NCBI RefSeq assembly: GCF_902459465.1
Contig: NC_047065.1
Span: 21,390,001-21,454,000 of the forward strand
Reading direction: 5' to 3'
DNA: 64,000 bases
From: Asterias rubens
Lineage: Eukaryota
Of the stretch, positions 47,401 to 57,004 are shown piece after piece. The notes under the pieces were generated by a model. It was not told the origin of the DNA. It searched no databases and saw only the letters and a program-made list of their open reading frames with translations. The first letter of the stretch is position 1. The number at the start of each line of letters is the position of its first letter. The position numbers were made by a program, and so were the translations under genes.

Positions 47401-50400
47401 AATGTTTATTGGTAAAAATCTGTTAACTGTAGTATCTACATGTAGTACTAGTAGAAAATGAGTGCATCACAAAACTGAATTTGACCGTAGAGCCATTTCT
47501 TTAAAGAGGGACACTCGCCATGATTTGCCAGGATTTTCCTGTTTTCAGGATTTCATTGATTAATGCCTTCAGAAAGAGGCGAAGTTTCATTAATAGCAAG
47601 GAAGACATAGTCCTTGTTATAATCAAACTCTATACTAGAGTTGTGATTGAGGTGATGTAGAGATTTCTTTGTTTTCTCCACAGTGCCAACACGATCTTGC
47701 CTGCCCTAGAGTCACTGATGGTTCTGGCACACCGTGTAATTTTGAGCAGGATTTCCATCACTTCAATAAAAAAGGGTTGGTGTCAGAGTTGACATCGGAA
47801 CGATTTTGCTACTTGGTGCTAAAAAAAGGTCCAAGAGTGCCAGGTAAATATATTTTCAAGAATGTGTTAACGCTTGTACGAATTTGTAAAGATGGACTAC
47901 ACTGCATTGTCCGGAGGCCCTCCACCTCATATGGATATTTTTTCAACTTAAAAAATTTTAATCTGAGAAATGATTCATGTTTCTTGGAAGGGTTGGTGTC
48001 TGTGTGTGAAGAAAGATGCGGTTGTAACCGCTGTCTCCTCTCTAAAACTGGATTGAATCAACCTTCTTGTGAAATTACCAGGAAAGTTTGTTGCTGTTTT
48101 CTCAGCAGGTAGACACTACCTGCAGCTGAAACTTTCACATTTGACTTGTATCATATCTTCCTTGTAAGATATCTTTTTAATTGTGCATACAAATCAGCAT
48201 TACATTGACAAATACCTATAACCCTTCCTTTAAGCATTTTCCTTGCTTAAAGACAGTGGACACTATTGGTAATTACTCAAAATAATGATGATTAGCATAA
48301 AACCTTATTTGGTAACAAGGAACGGGGAGCTGTTGATGGTATAAAACATTGTGAGAAACGGCTCCCTCTGAAGTAATGTAGTTTTCGAGAGAAAGAAGTA
48401 ATTTTCCACGAATTTGATTTTGAGACCTCAGATTTAGAACTTGAGGTCTCGAAATCAAGCATCTGAAAGCACACAACTTCGTGTGACAAGGTTGTTCATT
48501 CTTACATTATTATCTCGCAACTTCGACGACCAATTGAGCTCAAATTTTCACAGGTATGTTTTGCATATGTTGAGATACACAAAGTGAGAAGACTGGTCTT
48601 TAACAGTTACCAATAGTGTCTAGTGTCTTTTAAGGTTATGATCATTTTTTTTTAGAAATGAATGCTTGCCACAAACATTTATAGACATTTCTTTTCAAAG
48701 AGCTATAGTTGTTTGTTATTATGACTTAATCTTTACTCTGTGCTTTGGGGCAGATTTATATTTCTGTCATCTTTTGTAACACTCTTAACAATTTTAGTAT
48801 TATAATTATTATGTAATAAACCACAGGGGAATTATTTAAAAGGTTGAATCCCCTTAAAGGGAAGGTACACGTTTGGTAATTACTCAAAACAAATATTAAC
48901 TTTAAAACTGATTTGGTAACAAGCATTGGAGAGCTGTTGATAGTATAAAACATTGTGGGAAATCTTTTATTCCTATCTGAAAGCACACAAATACGTCCAA
49001 CACGGGTGTTTTTTCTTTCATCATTTTCTCGCAACTTTGATGACCGACTGAGCCCAAAGGCTTGTTATTTTATGCTTTTAAAGGCAGTGGAGACTATTGG
49101 TAATTACTCAAAATAATTATTATCATAAAACCTTTCTTGGTGACAAGAAATGGGGAGAGTTTGATGGTATAAACCATTGTGAGAAACGGCTCCCTCTGAA
49201 GTGCCATAGTTTTCGAGAAAGAAGTAATTTTCCACGAATTTGATTTCGAGACCTCAGATTTAGAACTTGAGGTCTCAAAATCAACCATCTAAAATGACAC
49301 AACTTGGTGTGACAAGGGTGTTTTGTTCTTTCATTATTATCTCGCAACTTCGATGACCGATTGAGCTGAAATTTTCACAGGTTTGTTATTTTATGCATAT
49401 GTTGAGACACACTAACTGTGAAGGCTAGTCTTTGACAATTACCAATAGTGTCCACTGCCTTTAAATGATGGGATACACCAAGTGAGGACACTGGTCTTTG
49501 ACAATTACCAATAGTGTCCACTGCCTTTAAATGATGGGATACACCAAGTGAGGACACTGGTCTTTGACAATTACCAAACTTGTACAGTGGCTTTAAAAAG
49601 GTGATTCCTTTCTGGGCACTTCCCAGGTTGTATCATAAGCTTGGGTGGGGCCTTTTTCCACTGTACATGTACAGGGTATTAACCGCAAACTTTACTGTAT
49701 ACTATTGCTGTAGTATTATTATTTACATCTTACCAATATGCTTACTGTCTATTGATTCCTGTGTCGCAAATCCCTAGGACGCCCACAGGGCTGAAGCCTC
49801 TTCTCTAAATATTAACAATGGGAATTTGTTAATTGAGTAGATGTAATATCACGTAGGCCCTATATTTAATATTTTTATTTAGTAGTATATGTAATTTTGG
49901 GTATATTTCAATTTTATTTCATTTCATTTCATATATTTGCCAGCAAACATGAACAATCTTGACAGTGTGGAGTTACTGATTGAATTGTGTTGTGTGTCAC
50001 AGACACCTGTATTTTTGTATGATGCTCAGAGTCAACTGTTACAAATTCCCGTGATTGTTTTTATTTTCCAGCTTAATCAATCAATTCATTCTATTCTATG
50101 TTTTGTTCTATTTGTTTGTCATTAACAGGTGATAATGACAACCATTGGCCTAGGATAGTCAGACCTGTTCTAGCTCGATCTCGTCACGTCATTTGCAGAC
50201 TGTGCTGTGCTAACGGTCAACTACAAGAAACGGTCATCACTAAGACCAAACATGGAAGGTTAGCTCAATAAGATTTTTTGTTTTTTTCTTCAAAAGTCTA
50301 TAATTTGTGCATGTGTGTTGTGCATTTTTCGGTGACCTTATTAGTTTTGAGCTTTTGACAAAATAGCAGTTTCAGGGCTTGCCCTTGAATACTGCGCTGG

Positions 50401-50739
50401 TGATTATTTATCTTTGCTTAACATGGCAAGTGCCAAATTTCTGCACTACCTGTGTCAGTGAAGAATGCCAAGTAACATGGAGTTTGTGAAATACGGTTTA
50501 TTTGATGGAACATTTAATTGTATTTTTCCATAAGAACTCAATCTATTGGAAATAAAGTGCTTTACAAATTTAAACGAACCTCAATTTTGTTTCTGTATCC
50601 TTCCTATAGAGAGCTGTATCGATGTGCAAGATATTCAAAATGGGGAGATCTTCTTCCGATATCGAAACAATCCGAGCCAAAGTCTCTTGAAGCAGCGCGT
50701 GAAGACCACGACAATTCTCAAACAGACGAATGTCCTTGA
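38487..50739 (+). CDS. METTL17: Methyltransferase-like 17 / Rsm22, mitoribosome small-subunit assembly factor, 517 aa
   Basis: 11 phase-consistent exons: 38487-38594, 41557-41701, 42425-42556, 43074-43185, 43714-43795, 44586-44659, 44959-45142, 46315-46611, 47684-47843, 50129-50258, 50610-50739 (1554 nt). SAM motif [31 protein letters not shown], Fe-S cysteines [11 protein letters not shown]...PCNF and HVICRLCC, terminal [15 protein letters not shown]. Confidence 0.94.
38616..38756. mobile_element. Family D MITE (reverse orientation), 21 bp after the METTL17 exon 1 donor
   Basis: TIR match; TSD not evident. Confidence 0.8.
39019..40429 (-). mobile_element. 5'-truncated CR1-clade LINE (reverse transcriptase C-terminal half), frameshifted, in METTL17 intron 1
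   Basis: [44 protein letters not shown], (I)ADDTK, then a frameshift near 39630 into [20 protein letters not shown]...[10 protein letters not shown]. 3' tail of TTCAAGTAAG repeats at 39019-39126. Confidence 0.92.
39046..39117. mobile_element. Internally deleted family D MITE inserted in the CR1 3' tail
   Basis: TIRs only; TSD TTACTTGA on both sides. Confidence 0.8.
41712..41875 (+). mobile_element. tRNA-derived SINE (second family)
   Basis: GGTGGCATGGTTGG...CCCCGGTTCGATTCCCAGCC followed by a CATATGTGAGTTG...TTGGTTCTCT...GGTTTTCCTCCC body. Confidence 0.55.
43253..43625 (+). mobile_element. MITE family A copy in METTL17 intron 4
   Basis: TIRs and TTAA flanks. A further 3' half-copy lies at ~43975-44126 and a truncated copy at ~11697-12040. 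Confidence 0.8.
44127..44400 (-). mobile_element. Degenerate L2-like LINE 3' end
   Basis: Decayed frame [14 protein letters not shown]...KKHLKSHLF with a stop and frameshift; (TATTG)n tail at 44127-44145. Confidence 0.55.
45224..45609 (-). mobile_element. MITE family A copy (diverged), abutting a family B copy through a shared TTAA
   Basis: Body homology; TTAA at 45606-45609 is shared with the next element. Confidence 0.75.
45606..45981 (+). mobile_element. MITE family B copy
   Basis: TIRs and TTAA flanks. Confidence 0.85.
46772..47158 (-). mobile_element. MITE family A copy
   Basis: Full TIRs and TTAA flanks. Confidence 0.85.
48247..48633 (-). mobile_element. MITE family A copy
   Basis: TIRs and TTAA flanks. 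Confidence 0.8.
49078..49596 (-). mobile_element. MITE family A copy (49078-49464) plus two tandem 66-bp copies of one terminus
   Basis: GATACACCAAGTGAGGACACTGGTCTTTGACAATTACCAA...CTTTAA repeated at 49465-49530 and 49531-49596. Confidence 0.8.
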
Positions 50740-52407
50740 TGATTTTTCTGCAGTAATTTGTTTCTTTATATGATGAGGATCGCGTTTTAGAAAAGTCTGA
50801 ACTGGGAAGGACAAATCTGTCAAATGGAAAGTGTGCACAAGCTTTTAAAGGAAACTGTAGTATTTACATGTACTGTTTTGTAAATACCATCAGTACACAC
50901 TACTGTATTTTGGGGATGTACATGTATATGGATATGGAAAATGTCATTTTTTGCCATAAATGATGATGTTTTTAAGAAACTGCATAAATCACTCTGAGCC
51001 AAGGAGAGCTTCTAGAGGCTACTTTATACACTCATCTCTACATATTGTATATTAACTAATTTGAGATACTTGTGATTAACCTAAGGGGCACTTTTGATTC
51101 ACGGTCAATACCTTCCCTGTAGAAGGAAAAACAACAGTTTAAAAAAACCTTGGTCCTTGGGTGGCACCTCACCCCGTCCCGCCCTCGGCTATACTGCTGC
51201 TTTTTTTGTGTTTTTTTTAAGAAAGTGTTGTTTAGTTGTAAGGATATACAGAAATTTCACAACCTCCTTAAAGCAATATCACTTTGGAATAAAGAATTTC
51301 CACAATTTCAGGTCGTTTACACAAGTGTTTTATTGTGTTACTCATAATTACAATGCTCCATCTTTCATGCACATATCACTTTGTTATACATTACAGTTAT
51401 TATACAACTAGTTTGTCAATTCCTTACAACTGAATGAAACAATATTTCAACTTTACTCCCAGGGTTGGACGTGACAAAATAAATCTAGACTTGGCGTCTG
51501 TTGGTATAGTAAGGAAACACTCAATCGGTCAGGAAAACCCAACAATTCTTCTTTTCAAATTACTGATAGAAATTTGTTTGCGGTTGGCAGGTTTCTGAAT
51601 AAGCGGGGAGCGATAATAAACTTATCTAGCTAGTTGGGGTCACAAAGATACATTACAAAAGAAATATATGGTCAGAAATTATGCTTTCTGAAAAATTTTA
51701 GTTCTTGTTTTTGTTACAAAAAAGAAACAGGGGGGGGAAGGTCAAGTACTTGAGGAGAAAAACACAAATTTAAAACTAAAGAACGAAACAAAAAATTTGA
51801 ACTGCATTTTGTTAGAAAAAACTGCATGAATAACAAGCGTACATAATATAACTAAATAAATCAAACAATCCATAAACAAACCAAGATATTTGATTCAATC
51901 AAAACAATATAAACCAGAAATGTGTTAATATGTGAAAATAAGCAAGAGTATAAGGTTTCACTAAATAAAGTATAGACAATAGATTTATTGTCTACGGTAC
52001 TTAAAAAATAATGATCAAGAACAACAAAAAGGTTTACAAATGTTCACACACTCCAAGTGAACAAAGAAAAGTGAACAACAAATGTTTTTGAACATGTTTG
52101 AAAATGAAATAATGGTAAAGATTTGGCAATAATACAGCAAAAACAACCGATGAAAAGGGGACTTGTGCCTTCTTAAAAATATGCCCAGAAATATATTTTT
52201 AAAAATTATGTGGGTGATTTTTTATTAAAATTTAGAGTTGTTGCTTTACTGCGCTAATAGAAGTTTGCAATATATTCACATACACCAGTGAACAGATGAG
52301 AAATGTTTCAGGTCTGTTGAGAGAAATTTCCAATTGCTTCCTAATCACATGTCAGACTCGAGACAAAAGTCGACAGCGACTACAATGCCATCCGTGCCCA
52401 AGCACCT

Positions 52408-52588
52408 CCCCAATGCCCCAGGATCCTGAGTTCCCCAATGCCCCAGGATCCTGAGTTCCCCAATGTCCCAGGATCCTGAGTTCCCCAATGCCCCAGGATC
52501 CTGAGTTCCCCAATGCCCCAAGATCCCGAGTCCCCCAATGCCCCAGGATCCTGAGCTCCCCAATGCCCCAGGATCCTGAGTTCCCCAA
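52408..52588. repeat. 25-bp minisatellite (CCCCAATGCCCCAGGATCCTGAGTT) x7
   Basis: Seven adjacent units with few substitutions and no spacers. Confidence 0.92.
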
Positions 52589-52966
52589 GGCCTTGGACTT
52601 CGCTCTTGACAGGCACTGCAATTTACCTCTAGTTTAAGGGGCATGGCGATAGACCAATCCATTAAGCTCCGCCCCATTGCGTATTGACTAATCACAACGC
52701 AATGAAGGTCGGACAAATAAAGTCCGACATGCGTGCGCGTATACTTGGCGCACTCAGCAGAGTTGTGCTGAAAAGCATTGGAGAGGCTCACGTGTTGTTG
52801 CTCACACGTGCGTCATGGGCGGAGCCTACTGGATCGCTTTATTTACCTCTGGTAAGGTGTACTCTATGAGGACAATTTTAATTTGTATTGGAACTTTGCA
52901 AATGGGTACCATGCAGCAATTGTTTTGGGTGCCGTGGTTAATTTCGGGGGCCTGTCTCTCTGCTCT

Positions 52967-53133
52967 CTAACTGAGTTCATCGTAAAGGACATTCTGTTCA
53001 TTGTCTGCTACCGCCAGCTCTGCAGGATCATCAACATAGATTTGTGTCTTATGGCCAATGGCCACGTGCTTCATCAACTCCCATGCATCGTCTGCCTCAT
53101 CCTTGCAGTAGGAACAGATCCACTGGGAGGGAC
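52967..53133 (-). CDS. Alternative distal terminal exon of the hnRNP C-like gene (zinc finger B)
   Basis: Acceptor TCTTATCCGACAG, phase 1. Encodes GPSQWICSYCKDEADDAWELMKHVAIGHKTQIYVDDPAELAVADNEQNVLYDELS*. AATAAA on - strand at 52838-52843. Confidence 0.8.
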
Positions 53134-56100
53134 CTGTCGGATAAGATTATGGATCACCTTAAAGATGTAGATTGATCGACTTAACATACAGGAGGACATC
53201 ACATAGGGCCTTTTAGAGGTGTATTCCTCTTGGACTTTAATGAAGTAGATTTTTTAAGTCCATCGGATAGATCCGAGTTTGTTTGGCTGTGGCTCTAGCT
53301 GATTTTGGTAATGGCTTCTACTTAAGCAACATGGCTTGAATATGTATTGCTATGTTCCAACCATAGCCCAGCCGGAACTTTGACTTTGTCAGACTGGACA
53401 GGAAATAGTATTGCCCCTTTGCAGGACTTTCGATTCAAAATATGTAAAGTTTCAAAACATGGCACCTGGCTTTTTCAGTAGCATTGATTCCTAGCATTGA
53501 CTCAAGAGTTCTGTCCGAATTTATAACAATTAGAAATGAGAAGGAGACGAATGTAGACTGTGTTGGATGAGGCAGACCAGCTTGTTGGGAGTTGATGATG
53601 GCGGCTGACGAGTCAAAAGATTAGCTTTGCAAGCTTGACGTCCACGGGTTAAAGTATCCATGATTTTAGGATTCAAAGTGGTCGACTCTCCACCTGATCA
53701 GTAATTTGTTTTGCTGGACCATCAGTTGGCTCAGGGGAGAAGCAATCAAAACTGATGCTCAGAGTTAAGTTGTCAAAGTCTAGTTGTACTCCACCTAAAT
53801 GAACACAGTTGTATTTTTTTAAATAATTTCCTGGAGATATCAAATCGAGACACGTGACTTTTCGGAATCGAACTGCCGTGTCCATGTACTGCCCTTTATT
53901 TATTTTTTTCATTGCTATGAAATTAATTGTCTCAAAGTATATCTCATTGAATGGCATAAATCTACAGTGCCCTTGATCATGCTTTGCACAATCTTGTCCA
54001 CTTTGTGTCATTCCATCTCACCATGAAAACAGATCAACACAAGAATTGTTAAAACGGGGTCACATCACAAAAAAGGATGAATAACCGACTTGCAAGATTT
54101 CCCGATTTCAAACAGAAGCTAATGGACTTCCGTTTTGATCTTGAAACAAATTCAAACCCCCCCCTTCCTAAAACCCCTCTCCAGCCCATCGTCTCCGCCG
54201 TATTGTCTTCAGTCATCCATGAATATCTGCGTGTGATGCTCCTGAGCCACGTGTCTCATCAACCCCCAACAACTGTCTGCCTTCTCTTTGCAATAAGCAC
54301 ACATCCACAAGGGGGGCTCTGTGTGGGTTCCAGGGTAGAAAAACAGGTGGTCATTTATTTTTACAAGAGTCTCTCCTCCCGACTCGTTTCCCTTCGCACT
54401 TTAAAATATGCAAGAAAGGGGCTTCCCAGTGGAATGACAACAATTTATTTATATAGGAAGAAGAGATATCAAATTTCTCGTTCAGTTTTTTTTTCCAATA
54501 CTTTTCCTTATGTGGAAAGTTACAGTGCTATGCAAAATGAAAAAAGTCTCATACACTGTACACGTATAATGTACATACATACGCCTCTCTTAATATTTAT
54601 GCATGAGGTACGTCACAATGCTTACCCAAAACGAGGCGATGGGCGCAGCCACTGCAAGTGATGGGGGAAGTGCGCCCATAGCCTCATTTTGGATAAGAAT
54701 TATGACGTCATGCATAAGTATTAAGAGAGGCGTATACAGGACATTTTGTAGTGTCTACTAGAACAAACAGTGCAAGGGCAGATCTGATTTTGACAGCTAC
54801 ATGCGTACTTGAGTGTATAATGATGTAGCGATCAAGCAGCAGCTGTAGCCCCCCCCCCTCCATTTTGGACACGGCCGAAATCTTTATAGAAAAAGTAACT
54901 AGAGGGCTGCATGTTTATCCCCAATCGAGTTCCCTGCACACAGTAGCAGGGCTGTATTTCACAAAGAGTTAAGTCTAATCTTATCTAAAGTAAGGATGAG
55001 TTACTCGTTCCAACCTTAGACTGGTGGTTTTAAGTTTTCAACAAACTCCTTAGACTAGTCTTTGTGAAATCAACCCCATGAGTCGTAATGTCTTTAAGTT
55101 TGATCTAAGCCACTTACCCTGTCCATCAAATTGTTGGGCCTTCCTCCCTGAGAAAGTCTTCTGTTTTTTGGCTGCTGGTGGGCCAGATGGAATAATGACA
55201 GGGAGACTAGCTGGATCAATGTAACCACTATCAACAGAGATTGTTAAGATGAATCAACCCTTATATTGACTACAGTAAAACTTATTAACAAAAGATGGTT
55301 TTGGTGGTTCAATCTTCCGTCTCATAACATTGTCTTCTTCATGGTGTTAGCCCAGTGGGTGTCTGGTGTTCTTTTGAAAACCTTTGGACACCTTGTTTTA
55401 TCTGTCATTTACATCTACTTGTATTGTAAGTGATCAATTTGGACATCCAGTTTTAAAATTTCCAGCAAATTTAGACACCCTTTTACCAATCCTGGTTGCC
55501 TTGTTCTTCTCAATGTTCTTCAAATCGAAGAATGGCATAAAATATCACAAGCCACTCTCAAACTTCTCCTTCCAATAATAACAACTCGAAACTCAACTTG
55601 GCAATTATTTTCCACATTTTGATACTACATTTTAAGTTGTACTGGGCCCAATTTCATGGCTCTGCTTACCGCTGAATTCTGCGCTCACGTGCAAGCGCCA
55701 TGTTACTAGGCATTCTACGCTTACGAGGCTAGCGCCAAATTTTTGCGCTAGCCTCGTAAGCGGAGTACGCAGGCGCAGAAGCCAAAATTTGCCGCTAACC
55801 CGTGAAACACGCTTGTCATAAGCACAGAATTCCCTGCTTCCATAAGCGCCGATTCTGTGCTTACTGTAAGCAGAGCCATGAAATTGGGCCCTGGTCCTTT
55901 TGTTTCAAGCTTACCTGCTTACAGTTCCCTGCACTCTCTTGAAACCTTTTGGCCGGTTGGGATTTGGTTCACTAGCAATTCTTACATCTGAAGGAACAAT
56001 TTGAAAAGGGTGTGGTTGAAAATGTACATTTTGTAGTGTTAGAACTAAAGAATAATAAACCAAGAGGGAAACTGATAATTAACCCCCGTCAGTTTTCCTT

Positions 56101-57004
56101 GTGGTATATTACTTGATATTTGTTACCAAAAAATGTTGCATCCACTGGATGTGGCTTCCCAGGTTGTGTTGTGAATAAGGTGTGATCCCTGGTTACACGG
56201 CTGCTAACGGTTGTACGGCTTCCGACTATTGCACCCTAAAGCTATCATATTGACCAAATAAAGAGACCACTAACATAGGGCTACATAGCTCAGCTAGTAG
56301 AGTGTAGGTCCCTAGTTCAAATTTGGATCTAGTAAATTTGTCTTTGTTCAAACCTTATTAGGTGTTTCTGAGGGTAGCTTGTGCTAACCAGGCCTGATAT
56401 AGTCCATAGAGGCAATGAAGGCAATTGCCTCTTTGCCCATGGTCATTGCCTTGTTGCCCTTGAAATGCTCCAATTTACAATTTCCTCATATGGTGCCCTT
56501 TACCAAGTAAATGCCTTGGTGCCCTTGCCACTTTCAAAAACGAACCATACAGTCCTGCTTTAATGCATAATAACATGATCAAACCATAGCCTTACCTAGG
56601 GGTTGTCTAGCAAGGACGGCTCCATATTCTCCTTCCCTAGCTTGCCTGGCATTGAGCTCATTGGTGTACTGCACAAAGCCAAAGCCCTCGTGGATACTGA
56701 TCCCGGTAATCCTGCCATACTTGCCGAAAAGCTTCTCAATATCCTGCTGCTGAACGAAGCCCGTGTTAAGGTTCCCGATGAAGATGCGCGAAGCCTTGGA
56801 CTTCATGTCGTTGAGGTTCGTCACGTTGCTGATGCCGGGGGTGAGCTGGGAGAATTGATTGGCGCCGCCGTGGGCGCCTGCATTGTGGGGATTCCCGAAC
56901 GGGCCTCCGTGTCCGTGACCACCCTGTGGATTGCTAAAACCACTGTGCTGGCCATGACCAAAGCCGAATCCACCTGGATTATGGCCTCCAAACATACTGT
57001 TCAT
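52967..57004 (-). CDS. HNRNPC: hnRNP C/RALY-type RRM protein with C-terminal C2H2 zinc finger (distal-exon isoform, 252 aa)
   Basis: Exons 57004-56596, 55987-55915, 55227-55118, 53133-52967. SNVTNLNDMKSKASRIFIGNLNT...HEGFGFVQY...DVRIASEP matches the hnRNP C/RALY RRM. It has an N-terminal G/H/F/N-rich low-complexity region, a basic AKKQK motif, and a last exon encoding CSYC-x12-HVAIGH. Probably the co-orthologue of HNRNPC/RALY/RALYL. Confidence 0.85.
53565..53598 (-). promoter_or_regulatory. Putative intronic RNA docking element complementary to both zinc-finger exons
   Basis: The - strand reads TCATCAACTCCCAACAAGCTGGTCTGCCTCATCC, the reverse complement of codon stretches in both exons (54256-54282 and 53071-53102). 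Confidence 0.6.
54209..54318 (-). CDS. Alternative proximal terminal exon of the hnRNP C-like gene (zinc finger A; isoform 233 aa)
   Basis: Acceptor ...GAACCCACACAG, phase 1 like exon 3. Encodes EPPLWMCAYCKEKADSCWGLMRHVAQEHHTQIFMDD*, paralogous to the distal exon. AATAAA on - strand at 53895-53904. Confidence 0.8.
54580..54735. mobile_element. Foldback MITE (ATACGCCTCTCTTAATATTTATGCATGA TIR)
   Basis: Inverted arms; second copy at ~8020-8200. Confidence 0.65.
55645..55890. mobile_element. Harbinger-like MITE, CTG TSD, in hnRNP C-like intron 2
   Basis: GGCCCCAATTTCATGGCTCTGCTTAC...GTAAGCAGAGCCATGAAATTGGGCC. Confidence 0.75.

Noticed and set aside
52345-52791. ORFs with repeating GTQDPGALG / GSWGIGELRILGH peptides
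   Set aside because: Translations of the 25-bp minisatellite (period not a multiple of 3) in all three frames.
54077-54661. 194-aa plus-strand ORF, the longest non-LINE ORF in the track
   Set aside because: Starts and ends arbitrarily, runs antisense across zinc-finger exon A and into a MITE, and has no recognisable domain.
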